Shown here: one piece after another, positions 46,544-56,039 of the stretch
How the letters are laid out: each line of letters begins with the position of its first letter
Numbering within the stretch: position 1 is the stretch's first letter
IMG/VR virus record: IMGVR_UViG_3300030376_003949
Coordinates: 1-57,099 of that record
Strand: one strand, 5' to 3'
From: a virus
Taxonomy: Duplodnaviria > Caudoviricetes
Length of the DNA: 57,099 nucleotides
Made by a program: the position numbers and the translations under genes
Notes under the pieces: model-generated
Seen by the model: the letters and a program-made list of their open reading frames with translations, nothing else
What the model was told of the DNA's origin: nothing
The model's database searches: none

Positions 46544-49026
46544 CCGAATAAAAATTCAAGGTTAGCAACTTTTTCTGGCTTCCATCCTATCGTATCCATA
46601 ATGACTTTAATTGGTTCAAGAAAACTCTTGCTGAATTGTAAGTCATAATCCACCTGTTTGTCAAGCCCAAACTCACGAGGAAAAGTGCCCAGAAAACTGA
46701 TCACATTTTCCCCAATCTTGTTAGGTGTCTTTAAGTATACAAATTTAATCTTTTCGCCATCCTGTATTAAGGGATACTTATGTTTCAATTTGTTTTTCTT
46801 ATTATGAAAATTGTAGAGTAATGCTCCTCTAACGTGGATAGGTGTTCCCTTTGCGTAAAGGGTAGCAGGATGTGCCCATTTATTTAGATTATTACAACCT
46901 CTTGGAAATGATATATCTTCAACAGGTAATGATGTAAATTGTTCTCTGAAATCAGCAATAAATTTCTGTGCTGCATCTTCATCTTTGTTCATAATCACAG
47001 TCATACAATCTCTAATTGCTGTACGACAAGCAGCAGGAGTAGAGGATTTAACTGCCTCCAAACCCATGATCTTTAGTTTAGGTTTCTCATATCGAACACC
47101 TTCACTATCCCACACATTAAGAATGTAACGTTTCTTAGCAGTCCATATACCTTTGTTAGCAATGTTCTCTCTCTTCATGAACATCTTCTGCTCATAAGCA
47201 CCTACGTACTCGGCCAATTCTTCATAAGAACTCGTAATATACTTCTCAAGTTCCAACTCACAGATCTTATTAAGGAACGAAACAATGCTCTTATCATTTT
47301 TCTCTCTGCCCTTGTATACAGTCTCGACCAAAGGACCAAGGTTGAGGTATATACTATCAGTATCACTAGCAATAACATAATCTTCCTCCTCTGTTTTAAG
47401 TATCTTGTTTAGATACTTATTCATTTTGTTTTCAATCCAACGGATGCTAACCTGTCCTGAGAGGGTAATCGCTTCAGCATTCGCAAGATTGTAATACCTG
47501 AAGTATTGGTTACCGATTGCACCATAGGCAGAGTTAAGTTGGATCTTCCTCGCCATCTGGATGTTATTGAATTTACTAATATCTTTTTGTAGTTTGGTAC
47601 TTGGCGAAACTTCATTATCCCGCTTCGCTTGCAGCATTTTCTTCTTATAAATCGTACGCTCATCATAAATCTTCTGCATAATTTCTGGTAAGAATCCATA
47701 CACATCCTTACGATACTGAGCACCGTTAGCACATGTAGCAAACTCAGGATCGATATCAATCTCTTGTTTTAGAATCCGTTCAACGCTCGCACTGGGATGT
47801 CTAGTCTCCCTGAGTGTTTCGGGGGAGATATTGTACTGCATAATAAGGTGAGGATACAAGCTATTAAGGTCAAAAGAGACAACCCAATCATAGCATCCTG
47901 GTTTCGGTTCTTTAACATATGCTCCTGCGTATTTTTCATCTTTTTTAGATCCCTTTCTGGGTGGGACAACAATGTTTTTGTCACGTAGGTAATTATAAAT
48001 GATGGTATCCCACATGCGAACCTGTGAGTACACATCCTCAAAGTTTACCTTCGCATCATAAGACATAGTAATTGCTAGTTCTAGCAACTTCATCTTATCT
48101 TCAAGACGGTCAATTAGTTCAACGTCTTGGATGTTATATTCCATGAACTTCTGCCAATCAGAGGTATAGAAGTCCTTGAAGTTTTCATATTCAGAGTGAT
48201 CAACTTTTCGCTGACCAAGTTCGACGAAAGCGATGTGGTCAAGTCGGTAAGACTCTTGATTTGTATACGTAAATTTACGATATAGATCAAGGTAATCAAG
48301 AATATTGACACCAGAAATATCGTAAGCATAGTTTTTACGTCCTTGAACATAGACTTCCCTCTCATTTGCACGGTTCCATGGTGACAGACTCTTCATCCAT
48401 TTCTCACCTAACACACGATTGACACGACGGGCAATGTATGGTACGTCATATAGATTCACGTTCCAACCAGTCAAGATATCAGGTGTATTCTCAACCCACC
48501 AACCAAGAAAATGTCTAAGCATCTCTTGCTCATTCCAAAAAATGTGAGACTCTACACCTTCTGGTGCTTCAAATTCACGAGTTGCCCAACAATAATACTG
48601 CTTTGTCACCATATCTTTAATGGTGATTGACAACATTTCTTCTGCTGCCTCTTCTACATTAGGGAATCCATTCTCGCATTGAACCTCAATGTCCATTGCA
48701 TAGATCTTCATCTGATTGATACTATAATCAATCTCATCAGGAAACTCTTGGGTAATAAACTGATATACAAATCGCTCATACCCATGAACTTTAAACCCTT
48801 CAACATTTTGATACTGTTGAATGAACTCCCTTGCTTCTCGTGAAGATTCAAATTTAACTGGGCGAACATTCTCACCCTCTAGAGTTTTATACTTCTCCTC
48901 CTTGTTTGAAGTTACAAATAAGGTAGGACTAAAATGGGCACGAGATTGGACTCTTTGCCCATCCTCGTACCCACGATAGAGAATTGTATTACCTGCAAGT
49001 TGAACGTTGGTGTAGAACCTACTCAT
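46540..49026 (-). CDS. gp43: Family B DNA polymerase
   Basis: DIE, YN..D, SFDLNSLYP, K..LNSAYG, DTDS, KKRY; start MSRFYTNV. Confidence 0.98.
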   Translation of the reverse strand: MSRFYTNVQLAGNTILYRGYEDGQRVQSRAHFSPTLFVTSNKEEKYKTLEGENVRPVKFESSREAREFIQQYQNVEGFKVHGYERFVYQFITQEFPDEIDYSINQMKIYAMDIEVQCENGFPNVEEAAEEMLSITIKDMVTKQYYCWATREFEAPEGVESHIFWNEQEMLRHFLGWWVENTPDILTGWNVNLYDVPYIARRVNRVLGEKWMKSLSPWNRANEREVYVQGRKNYAYDISGVNILDYLDLYRKFTYTNQESYRLDHIAFVELGQRKVDHSEYENFKDFYTSDWQKFMEYNIQDVELIDRLEDKMKLLELAITMSYDAKVNFEDVYSQVRMWDTIIYNYLRDKNIVVPPRKGSKKDEKYAGAYVKEPKPGCYDWVVSFDLNSLYPHLIMQYNISPETLRETRHPSASVERILKQEIDIDPEFATCANGAQYRKDVYGFLPEIMQKIYDERTIYKKKMLQAKRDNEVSPSTKLQKDISKFNNIQMARKIQLNSAYGAIGNQYFRYYNLANAEAITLSGQVSIRWIENKMNKYLNKILKTEEEDYVIASDTDSIYLNLGPLVETVYKGREKNDKSIVSFLNKICELELEKYITSSYEELAEYVGAYEQKMFMKRENIANKGIWTAKKRYILNVWDSEGVRYEKPKLKIMGLEAVKSSTPAACRTAIRDCMTVIMNKDEDAAQKFIADFREQFTSLPVEDISFPRGCNNLNKWAHPATLYAKGTPIHVRGALLYNFHNKKNKLKHKYPLIQDGEKIKFVYLKTPNKIGENVISFLGTFPREFGLDKQVDYDLQFSKSFLEPIKVIMDTIGWKPEKVANLEFLFG

Positions 49027-49354
49027 TCTGTGCGTTGTACTCCTTGGTAATTTCTTCTGATGCATCCACTATAGTCAAAACTGACTCAGATGTCAAGAAC
49101 AAATCACGTTGTGAAGCAAATGCAGGGAAGGGTATGAGTTTTCCTTCAGGAGTAATACTACAACAATTTTCAATAAGAACCGAAGGTTCCTCATCCAACT
49201 CTGTGACAACTCCCATTAAGTACTCACTCCGCTGTTTCAACAGGATCACTTTGACCTGTTGTTGCAGGAGTTCCGATGATTCCATCGGTTCCAGAGGTTC
49301 CTCCTGTGGCGGTACTAGTGCCTGTGACAGACTCGATTCCATTTGTTGCTCCAA
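49019..49354 (-). CDS. Hypothetical protein
   Basis: ORF track; ELDEEPS.LIENC; start uncertain. Confidence 0.65.
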   Translation of the reverse strand: MEQQMESSLSQALVPPQEEPLEPMESSELLQQQVKVILLKQRSEYLMGVVTELDEEPSVLIENCCSITPEGKLIPFPAFASQRDLFLTSESVLTIVDASEEITKEYNAQNE

Positions 49355-49658
49355 CTAATTGATTGTATTTTTCGACTACATCATCATGTGTTTCATATGC
49401 ACTAATGATTTCATCATAACGAACAATGATCTTTTGTTCTTTTGCAAGAGGTACATAAGGTTCCATAGTAATTTCAGGATTACTAAGTTTATGGATGTCA
49501 CCTTCATCAGTCTCAGCTTCAATTCCTTGAGAAATCCAAACAGTATATGGTTTGTTTAACTGATAACCAAGAACCTTTTTGTCTCCTTCTTGACTAATTT
49601 CACGGATGTCACAGATGACATCTTCACCGTTTCTTGTTCTTACGACCCTTACGCTCAT
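49224..49658 (-). CDS. Conserved hypothetical protein (Sm-like fold candidate)
   Basis: MSVRVV...NGEDVICD..E; start at 49658. Confidence 0.7.
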   Translation of the reverse strand: MSVRVVRTRNGEDVICDIREISQEGDKKVLGYQLNKPYTVWISQGIEAETDEGDIHKLSNPEITMEPYVPLAKEQKIIVRYDEIISAYETHDDVVEKYNQLVGATNGIESVTGTSTATGGTSGTDGIIGTPATTGQSDPVETAE

Positions 49659-49869
49659 AGTTCCTCCGTTCGATTTCGTGTACTGCCTCCTTGATAATAT
49701 CCTTAAGGATTCTATCTTGGGGTATATTTTTCTGTTCTGCGATGGGTCTAACATGCCGCAGAAGTTCCTCACTATAAGATGAAGGAACCTCAATTGTCAA
49801 GAGGTCTGACTCACCATCGTAGCTATTTGGTTTTAGATTTACATAAACATTCATAGTAACCTCAAACAA
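49624..49869 (-). CDS. Hypothetical protein
   Basis: ORF track. Confidence 0.6.
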   Translation of the reverse strand: MFEVTMNVYVNLKPNSYDGESDLLTIEVPSSYSEELLRHVRPIAEQKNIPQDRILKDIIKEAVHEIERRNYERKGRKNKKR

Positions 49870-49892
49870 AAAAGAGACCCATCGGGTCTCTT
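49868..49892 (-). terminator. Terminator after pstS
   Basis: AAGAGACCC-GAT-GGGTCTC-T6. Confidence 0.8.
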
Positions 49893-49902
49893 CTGTTGTA
49901 CA

Positions 49903-50851
49903 TTATATAGCAATCTTCTCTACAGCATCTCTTGCCTTCTGTAGTATGTCACCTCTCAATGGTACATAACCTAGCACAGATGCCTTCTCTTGATACTCTG
50001 TAGAGAGTAACGTTCTAAAGGTATCCTTCACTGCTTCAGTCTTGTTACCATTACCAGTTTCATAAGCAAGTACCCATGTAAGCGTAGCAATAGGGTATGC
50101 CCCTTCTGCTGCAGGGTTAGGGTCTGTCCCTGCGAGGTTTTCATCAAGTGATATCCCATTGAGAGCCAAAGCACCTGACTCAATTGATGGTTTAATAAAC
50201 TCACCATTCTTATTCTCAAGGGCAGCACTAACAACTTCACCCTTAATGTAGGACTGATTAACATAACCAATAGAACCAATTTGATTTCTAATGTTGCCAG
50301 CAACACCAGCATTACCTTTGTTACCTATACCAACAGGCCAAGCAACTGATTTAGCAACTCCAAGTTTCCACTTCTTACTAAACTCATTCATCGATCTAGT
50401 AAATGCAGCAGTAGTACCAGACCCATCAGAACGGTACACCCATGTCATCGCATGGTCATCACAACCTACCTGTGACCAATTGTTGATCTCACCAATAGCA
50501 ACTTGTACTGCTTGCTCTTGTGTGACCAGGCATATTATAACCAAAGGCAATCGTACCTCCAGTCATAGGAATCTGAACTAGTCCTCGTTTTGATTTAGCA
50601 ATGTCTGCATCCTTCATAGGATCATCGGATGCTCCGAAGTCCACTGTTTCATCTAGGAATGCCTTTCTACCTGAACCACTACCAACTGCTTGGTAGTTAA
50701 CTCTGTTACCTCCTGACTTTGCGTAGTCAGAGAACCATCTTTGGTATACCTTAGATGGAAAAGAAGCACCTGCACCACTAAGTCTAGTCCGTGCCTCGGC
50801 ACAACCAGGTATTAGAGAAGCAAGTGCCGCTAATGCGATAAGCCTTTTCAT
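49903..50851 (-). pseudogene. pstS: Phosphate-binding protein PstS, frameshifted at ~50524
   Basis: N-half (GAGASFP, GSG.G, DFGASD) and C-half (RSDGSGTT, YPIA) are in different frames; the junction lacks about five residues. Confidence 0.85.
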
Positions 50852-50898
50852 TAGGATCCGCTTAAGGGCTCTTGTATATAGAGCAGTTTAATCCGATC

Positions 50899-51339
50899 TT
50901 ATTCTGCTGTCAAGTAATCCTTACGTGTATGATGTTCGGGTATTACTTTTCCCAATTCCACGGACAAGAGTCCGTCGGCAAATACGACCTGTCGAACTTC
51001 GCAATCCTCGCTGAGTGTCCAAGAGCGTTTGAATGAACGTTGTGCCAAGCCCCTGTGTTGATATGTTGCATCTGTTTCCTTATCTTCTTTGATGCCTTCA
51101 ACATGTAATTTTCCAAACTCTGTGAAGACTTTGACCTCTTCTTTCTTGAAGCCTGCCAATGCGACTTCCAATCTTGATTCATGATTACTCAAATACACCA
51201 AATTGTATGGTGGATAATTAGTTTGGGATTCCGTCTCCCAGAACCTATTTAGATAATCATCTATTCCAATGCCGTTACGAGTAATCTTCTCCATGAGTTC
51301 AGGAAGATTTGCAGCATGGTATCTTGCTAGTGTGTTCAT
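50899..51339 (-). CDS. hsp20: Small heat-shock protein Hsp20
   Basis: NYPPYN, LEVALAGF, HRGLA.RSF, DGLL. Confidence 0.95.
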   Translation of the reverse strand: MNTLARYHAANLPELMEKITRNGIGIDDYLNRFWETESQTNYPPYNLVYLSNHESRLEVALAGFKKEEVKVFTEFGKLHVEGIKEDKETDATYQHRGLAQRSFKRSWTLSEDCEVRQVVFADGLLSVELGKVIPEHHTRKDYLTAE

Positions 51340-51343
51340 AGTT

Positions 51344-51387
51344 CTCCTTAAATAAGCGAGTGTAAATTGTGTCCCTTACGGCGACAC
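51344..51387 (-). promoter_or_regulatory. ROSE-like RNA thermometer candidate in the hsp20 leader
   Basis: GTGTC-G-CC-GTAA-GG-GACAC hairpin, then CTCGCTT-ATTT-AAGGAG covering the SD. Confidence 0.55.
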
Positions 51388-51478
51388 TACTATTTAATCA
51401 CACATTATAAAAACCTTAAATGGTACACGCCGTACAACTTTCATACGGTTATAAACACCTATATAGTTCCAGGTAACA

Positions 51479-52006
51479 ATGTCAAATGGCATGAAAAAAT
51501 TTATTCCTTTTATTATGCTTGCAACCTTCGGTGCTTTGGTAAACCCAGTGAGGGCAGACATTACATCTAGATTTGCATCTAGTGTCCAACTTAGTGTTGG
51601 TGGTGCTCATACTTCTACTAACAGAATCGGATCATCATTCGCAGTTGCTGGTAGTGGTGTGGATACATCTATTACACCTACTGGCGGTAGTGCTGTTAGT
51701 GATCAGGTATCATCTGGTGTTATAACTTCAGGTGTTTATACGCCTGGTGTAGTTGTAGCAGAACAGAAAACAGCAGGATCAGCTTTCAGCTTTAGCCAGT
51801 CATACACTCAGGGCGATGCTATTGCTACTAGTGCTCCGACTGTTGGTGCTGTTAACAACTTTGGTGATATGTCTTCCACTGCTGGTGGAACCGTTGGATC
51901 CTTAGGTGGTACAGTAAGTAGTGCTCACGCATTTAGTGGCGTAGCAGCAGGTGGAGCTAATACTTCAGCTACTTCTCAATTCGTAACTGAACTTACCATA
52001 CGATAG
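51479..52006 (+). CDS. Exported Ser/Gly/Thr-rich protein
   Basis: Signal peptide ..PVRA|DIT; FSFSQSYTQGD. Confidence 0.8.
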   Translation: MSNGMKKFIPFIMLATFGALVNPVRADITSRFASSVQLSVGGAHTSTNRIGSSFAVAGSGVDTSITPTGGSAVSDQVSSGVITSGVYTPGVVVAEQKTAGSAFSFSQSYTQGDAIATSAPTVGAVNNFGDMSSTAGGTVGSLGGTVSSAHAFSGVAAGGANTSATSQFVTELTIR

Positions 52007-52016
52007 GTGATTAAGG

Positions 52017-52481
52017 ATGAAGAAGTTTATCCTACTATTTGTATTATTAATTCCGTCTAGAACCCTTGCGGTACCAGTGGTCCCAAACTTCCAACAAGGT
52101 TCGATGACGAGCCATACCGAGACTGAATCTACAGTCACGGAAACCATAAACTCAGTAGATTATAGAACAGGATGGGAATACAGCGTGACTGGGGTAGGCA
52201 TATCCAACGATGGAGGAGCACTCAACCCCAATGTGAATACATCAACAGTGACAATAGATCCTTCAGTAGGAGCAGGAGAAGGAGCTATAACGGGAAGCGT
52301 AACATCTTCCTTCGATGCATTAGATCTCTCCAATCAAAGTACTTACACAATGACAACTCCAGGTGCGGCGTTTCAATTCACCCAGAGTTATCAAGGACCA
52401 GGGCTAACCAACCAAACTCTCATACAGAGAGTAACAACAATCGAATCCGTCACAGACACAACAAGCGTGTTTACGCAGTAA
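52017..52481 (+). CDS. Exported Thr-rich protein
   Basis: Signal peptide; VPVVPNFQQGSMTS; FQFTQSYQGPG. Confidence 0.8.
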   Translation: MKKFILLFVLLIPSRTLAVPVVPNFQQGSMTSHTETESTVTETINSVDYRTGWEYSVTGVGISNDGGALNPNVNTSTVTIDPSVGAGEGAITGSVTSSFDALDLSNQSTYTMTTPGAAFQFTQSYQGPGLTNQTLIQRVTTIESVTDTTSVFTQ

Positions 52482-53515
52482 TAGCAGCAGTTCTCGGTTT
52501 TAATTCTTTACCTATAGGAGCACTAGCTCAAGGTGTAGGTGGTGTATCTGCTACTGCTAATCCTATCGCTAATAGTTCTGGCTCAGTAACTAACCAGGCA
52601 ATACAAGTTTTACAAGGTCCATACGTAACTAACACCTACGGTGGTGGTGTGTCGTGTCAAGGTACGACTCTAAACATGACACCATATATTCAATTTGCAG
52701 ATTCAAGGAAAGATCCTTGGGAAGATTTTTATAACGAACCACAATATAATACTACTGACGTAAGTGGTAAGATGACTCCTACTTATGTTAATGTCAAGAA
52801 CTATCCTTGGGAAGATTGGTATGATGATAGAACCTATACTAATGATGCTGGTGAGACAGTAAGATGGTTCCCAGATGGATCAGACATTACTATCATTCAA
52901 GATGTAGATGGTGCTAATGGTGTACCAGATCTAATTGATGGTGGTGGAGATATGACACCTAGTTGGTATAAACCAGTAAGGACTGATATGAAGGCAAACC
53001 AGAGTTTCAACCTAGGTCTCTCTGCTACGCTTTCAATACCACTCAACAGAGGTATGCAAAAGAGATGTAGATTAGCAGCAGAAGCACAAACAGCAGCTGT
53101 ACAACAATCCACTGCTAATAAACGGTTAGATTTTGAGATCGCAAGATTGAAAAATTGTGGTGAGCTCCTGAAACAGGGCATCATGTTCCATCCCAATTCA
53201 CCCTATGCATCTATATGTGCTGACGTAGTTGTAACTGCACCAGGTGGACAGATCATTCCACACGAACACCAGATACCACAACCTAATTGGACTAACCCTT
53301 CTTCTTCTTCAACGGAGGTAGACCCTTCTTCTCTCGATACTTCTCAGTCATCCTCTCAGTCAAGTTTGGACGGCGTTCCTCTTTCTTCCCTAACAACTTC
53401 TGAATCTTCCCAATTACCTTCTTCACAACAGGTTTCACAGCTTTCAGAATCAGATCTGCTAGGGGTTTGGCAAATAGGGCAGACGCAGTTGCCACAGTCG
53501 CAATCGTTGCCGTAG
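52172..53515 (+). CDS. Exported protein; true start unclear (signal-like segment begins ~52460)
   Basis: VGGVSATANPIANSSGSVTNQAIQVLQGPY; DFEIARLKNCGEL; ICADVV. Confidence 0.7.
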   Translation: MGIQRDWGRHIQRWRSTQPQCEYINSDNRSFSRSRRRSYNGKRNIFLRCIRSLQSKYLHNDNSRCGVSIHPELSRTRANQPNSHTESNNNRIRHRHNKRVYAVIAAVLGFNSLPIGALAQGVGGVSATANPIANSSGSVTNQAIQVLQGPYVTNTYGGGVSCQGTTLNMTPYIQFADSRKDPWEDFYNEPQYNTTDVSGKMTPTYVNVKNYPWEDWYDDRTYTNDAGETVRWFPDGSDITIIQDVDGANGVPDLIDGGGDMTPSWYKPVRTDMKANQSFNLGLSATLSIPLNRGMQKRCRLAAEAQTAAVQQSTANKRLDFEIARLKNCGELLKQGIMFHPNSPYASICADVVVTAPGGQIIPHEHQIPQPNWTNPSSSSTEVDPSSLDTSQSSSQSSLDGVPLSSLTTSESSQLPSSQQVSQLSESDLLGVWQIGQTQLPQSQSLP

Positions 53516-54197
53516 TTGTTACAACACCTGCTGATGGAAGGAATTGTTCCACTGCTGGTACTGGTTCCCAGATAGTCTCACAGATTTTACCATCAGGTGT
53601 TAGTTTATATTCTTTAACTTGCTCATCACCCTTTTGATTCCTATCACCTATGCGTCTAGCATTGAGTGGAGGACACTCTACCTCGTCTGAACCTGTACTT
53701 GGTATCTCAGGTGTTCCTGGTGTCTCAAAATCTGTATCTACATCAGTATCAGTATCTACACCCTCATCGACATCATCAGGTTCTGTATTAATTGTCTGCC
53801 AAAATAATTCTCTATAGTCATAGTCAGGTGGTTGGTAGTAAGGCATACCAGCATCACATAACGTGGTCTGTCCTTTAGGATCATCATTAACTAGATTCTT
53901 ATTAGCAGATGGATCCTTCTTTGCATTCTCTTTGTGTACTGTTACACAACCAGGCATATTAACAATAGGTGTACCAGCATTAACAGTGACTGGAACAGCT
54001 ATTGGAACTGCCTGTGGTGGATTCATCAACCAACTACGTGTCTCATTTACATTAACATTCCTTATGTCTGCAACATAAGTGTTACGAACACCTATAACTT
54101 GATTTTGTATTAGTGGAATTCCTGTACCATTGATTGTTATGTCAGGTATATTAAGTCCACGGAGAGTAATATTAGGTACATTATGAATAGGATCCAT
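53292..54197 (-). CDS. Conserved hypothetical protein with Cys pairs, TM and basic tail
   Basis: PIV.MPGC..H; LCD..P; LLK..KP..KK. Confidence 0.75.
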   Translation of the reverse strand: MDPIHNVPNITLRGLNIPDITINGTGIPLIQNQVIGVRNTYVADIRNVNVNETRSWLMNPPQAVPIAVPVTVNAGTPIVNMPGCVTVHKENAKKDPSANKNLVNDDPKGQTTLCDAGMPYYQPPDYDYRELFWQTINTEPDDVDEGVDTDTDVDTDFETPGTPEIPSTGSDEVECPPLNARRIGDRNQKGDEQVKEYKLTPDGKICETIWEPVPAVEQFLPSAGVVTTTATIATVATASALFAKPLADLILKAVKPVVKKVIGKIQKLLGKKEERRPNLTERMTEKYREKKGLPPLKKKKG

Positions 54198-54212
54198 AGG
54201 TAAGTATCCATT

Positions 54213-54470
54213 TTATTTTGGAGGTAACTCCTTCTTGTAATCTTTAGGATTTTGTAATCCTTTAACAGGTCCACTAGTTTTTGGCCAAGCATTAACTAGT
54301 TGTAGATATACTTCTTCTCGTACTACCTGTCGGATCCTCTCTATCTGAGCATCCTCTCGTTTTTGAGGACCACCAGTTTGTTGGTCGACGACATGATTGC
54401 CACCGACAAACGCACCAGTTCCTAGTACGGCAACTGCCGTACCAGTAGAAGCAATCTTCTGTACGTCCAT
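54213..54470 (-). CDS. Hypothetical protein
   Basis: ORF track. Confidence 0.7.
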   Translation of the reverse strand: MDVQKIASTGTAVAVLGTGAFVGGNHVVDQQTGGPQKREDAQIERIRQVVREEVYLQLVNAWPKTSGPVKGLQNPKDYKKELPPK

Positions 54471-54716
54471 TTAGAATCCGCCAGGAACAGGAAGACCTAG
54501 ACTAGCACCCTTAGGAAGAGAAGCACCAGCACCAGGTAGTCCTACATCTCCTGTAAGAGCACCACCAGCTAGTCCAGCACCTAATCCTCCAAGTGCTTTT
54601 TCTTTTATGTTTTCTATGATTGCATCCTTGCGTACATAAACGTAGCCAGCAGTGCCAACAACGGCAAGAGATACAACAGTAGACGCAATAGCGAGTACAT
54701 TAATTATTTTTTGCAT
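54471..54716 (-). CDS. Membrane-anchored hypothetical protein
   Basis: MQKIINVLAI.S..VS..VVG...YVY. Confidence 0.75.
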   Translation of the reverse strand: MQKIINVLAIASTVVSLAVVGTAGYVYVRKDAIIENIKEKALGGLGAGLAGGALTGDVGLPGAGASLPKGASLGLPVPGGF

Positions 54717-54718
54717 GG

Positions 54719-55183
54719 TTATAGTTTGTAAGGTTTGTCATCAGTAGTAATCTTAAGAGGTGCTTGCTCAATACGAATAGTTTGAACAGGACCAGCAGGT
54801 GCTTTTGCTAAGATAGCTTCAATATCTTGAGCAGTAACAGGAGGGGGACCACCGTTACCATTAACAGAATTACCGTTTTTATCCATCTTCATAGTACCGT
54901 CTCCTTTCTTAGAAGCAGTCTGAATTCCAAAGCTAGCTAAAACCCCAGTAAAAACCGAAGCTATAAAAGTTGGATCGATTTTCTGCTGTGGTACACCTGG
55001 GATGGCGACGTAGTTCAAAGTCAAAATTCCGCCCGACCAGGCAAGAACGGTAATGCGAACAAATGTACTAATGATAGCAGCTTGCTCATCAGGGTCTGGA
55101 AGAAGTGCATCTTTAGCTTTACCAAAGATTCCTTTTTTCTTTTCTTCCTTAACCTCAACCTCTTCTTTTATTTCATCTGTCAT
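54719..55183 (-). CDS. Conserved membrane protein
   Basis: LAWSGGILTLNY...IDPTFIASVFTGVLASFG. Confidence 0.8.
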   Translation of the reverse strand: MTDEIKEEVEVKEEKKKGIFGKAKDALLPDPDEQAAIISTFVRITVLAWSGGILTLNYVAIPGVPQQKIDPTFIASVFTGVLASFGIQTASKKGDGTMKMDKNGNSVNGNGGPPPVTAQDIEAILAKAPAGPVQTIRIEQAPLKITTDDKPYKL

Positions 55184-55209
55184 ATATTATCAGGGCGTGG
55201 CAGCTCTAT

Positions 55210-55638
55210 TTAGGATTCTGGAACTTGCCGTTTTTTTCCGATGTTATATTTGGACTCAAGAGTCCACTCACCCTTCTCTTTATATGCAATAACTTTAATT
55301 TGACTTAGGGGTGCAACGTTTGTAATAGACTCTTCCTTTACAATCTCTACTAAACCCCAATCAGATAGAAGTTTAATTATACGGTTTCGACGTTGAACAT
55401 CATTCTCAGATAGGTTTGCTTTCTTACCATCAAGGGCAAAGAGTTCCTTGAAATGTACTATGTAATACTGTCCTTTCTTATGAAGGATGTGGCATGATTG
55501 AAATAATTTCTTTTCTTTTCTGGATGCAACTCCAATACGTGTAAGAGTCTCACGAACTTTAAGGAAATCATCTGGTTCCTTTAAGTTCACCTCCACCATA
55601 TCATTCTTTGTCCATTGAACTTCTTTAGGTTCGCTCAT
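55210..55638 (-). CDS. regA: Translational repressor RegA
   Basis: PDDFLKVRETLTRIGVAS..L.QSCHILHK.G.YYIVHFKELF. Confidence 0.97.
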   Translation of the reverse strand: MSEPKEVQWTKNDMVEVNLKEPDDFLKVRETLTRIGVASRKEKKLFQSCHILHKKGQYYIVHFKELFALDGKKANLSENDVQRRNRIIKLLSDWGLVEIVKEESITNVAPLSQIKVIAYKEKGEWTLESKYNIGKKRQVPES

Positions 55639-56039
55639 AGTTTCTTACCTCCTTTATTCAGTTTTTCTTTAATGTAATCTAATTGTTTTGGAGTTAAGAT
55701 CCTTAAGGCTTGAATTGCTTTATCACTACTATAACCATAGTATTTTTTCACAAGGTCAAGATCTTTCACTGCTTGTTTTTTACCCCAAGGGGAAAAGCGT
55801 TTTCTGCTTCTGACGATATTTATAAAGAAATCGTACTGAAGTTTCTTATCTAAGTTAGGATATTGATTCATCTCATTTGCATACATTACAGTATCGATGT
55901 GATGAGACATACACTTATTGATTACAAAAGGAGAATAATTCTTTTCCCAAGCAGGATCTTCATCCTCCATGAGATTCTTCTTTGTCAAATTGATGGTGTT
56001 TAGATAATCCTTAAGTGGATACCTTTCATCGTAACTCAT
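55635..56039 (-). CDS. gp62: Clamp loader small subunit
   Basis: L.DYLN.IN, Y.PF..N, ANEMN, QYDF, KRFSPW, YYGYS..KA. Confidence 0.93.
   Translation of the reverse strand: MSYDERYPLKDYLNTINLTKKNLMEDEDPAWEKNYSPFVINKCMSHHIDTVMYANEMNQYPNLDKKLQYDFFINIVRSRKRFSPWGKKQAVKDLDLVKKYYGYSSDKAIQALRILTPKQLDYIKEKLNKGGKKL

Noticed and set aside
49224-49354. Dual-coding 131-nt overlap
   Set aside because: The start of the downstream ORF is uncertain and the overlapping tail is low-complexity, so evidence is insufficient.
50852-50898. Pho box upstream of pstS
   Set aside because: Two TTAA cores are present, but I cannot see a convincing 11-bp-spaced tandem repeat.
751-55292. Many short opposite-strand or alternate-frame ORFs in the track (e.g. 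751..1041, 4321..4695, 9133..9564, 30249..30692, 35221..35730, 37766..38305)
   Set aside because: They are shadows of well-supported genes and have no recognisable motifs.
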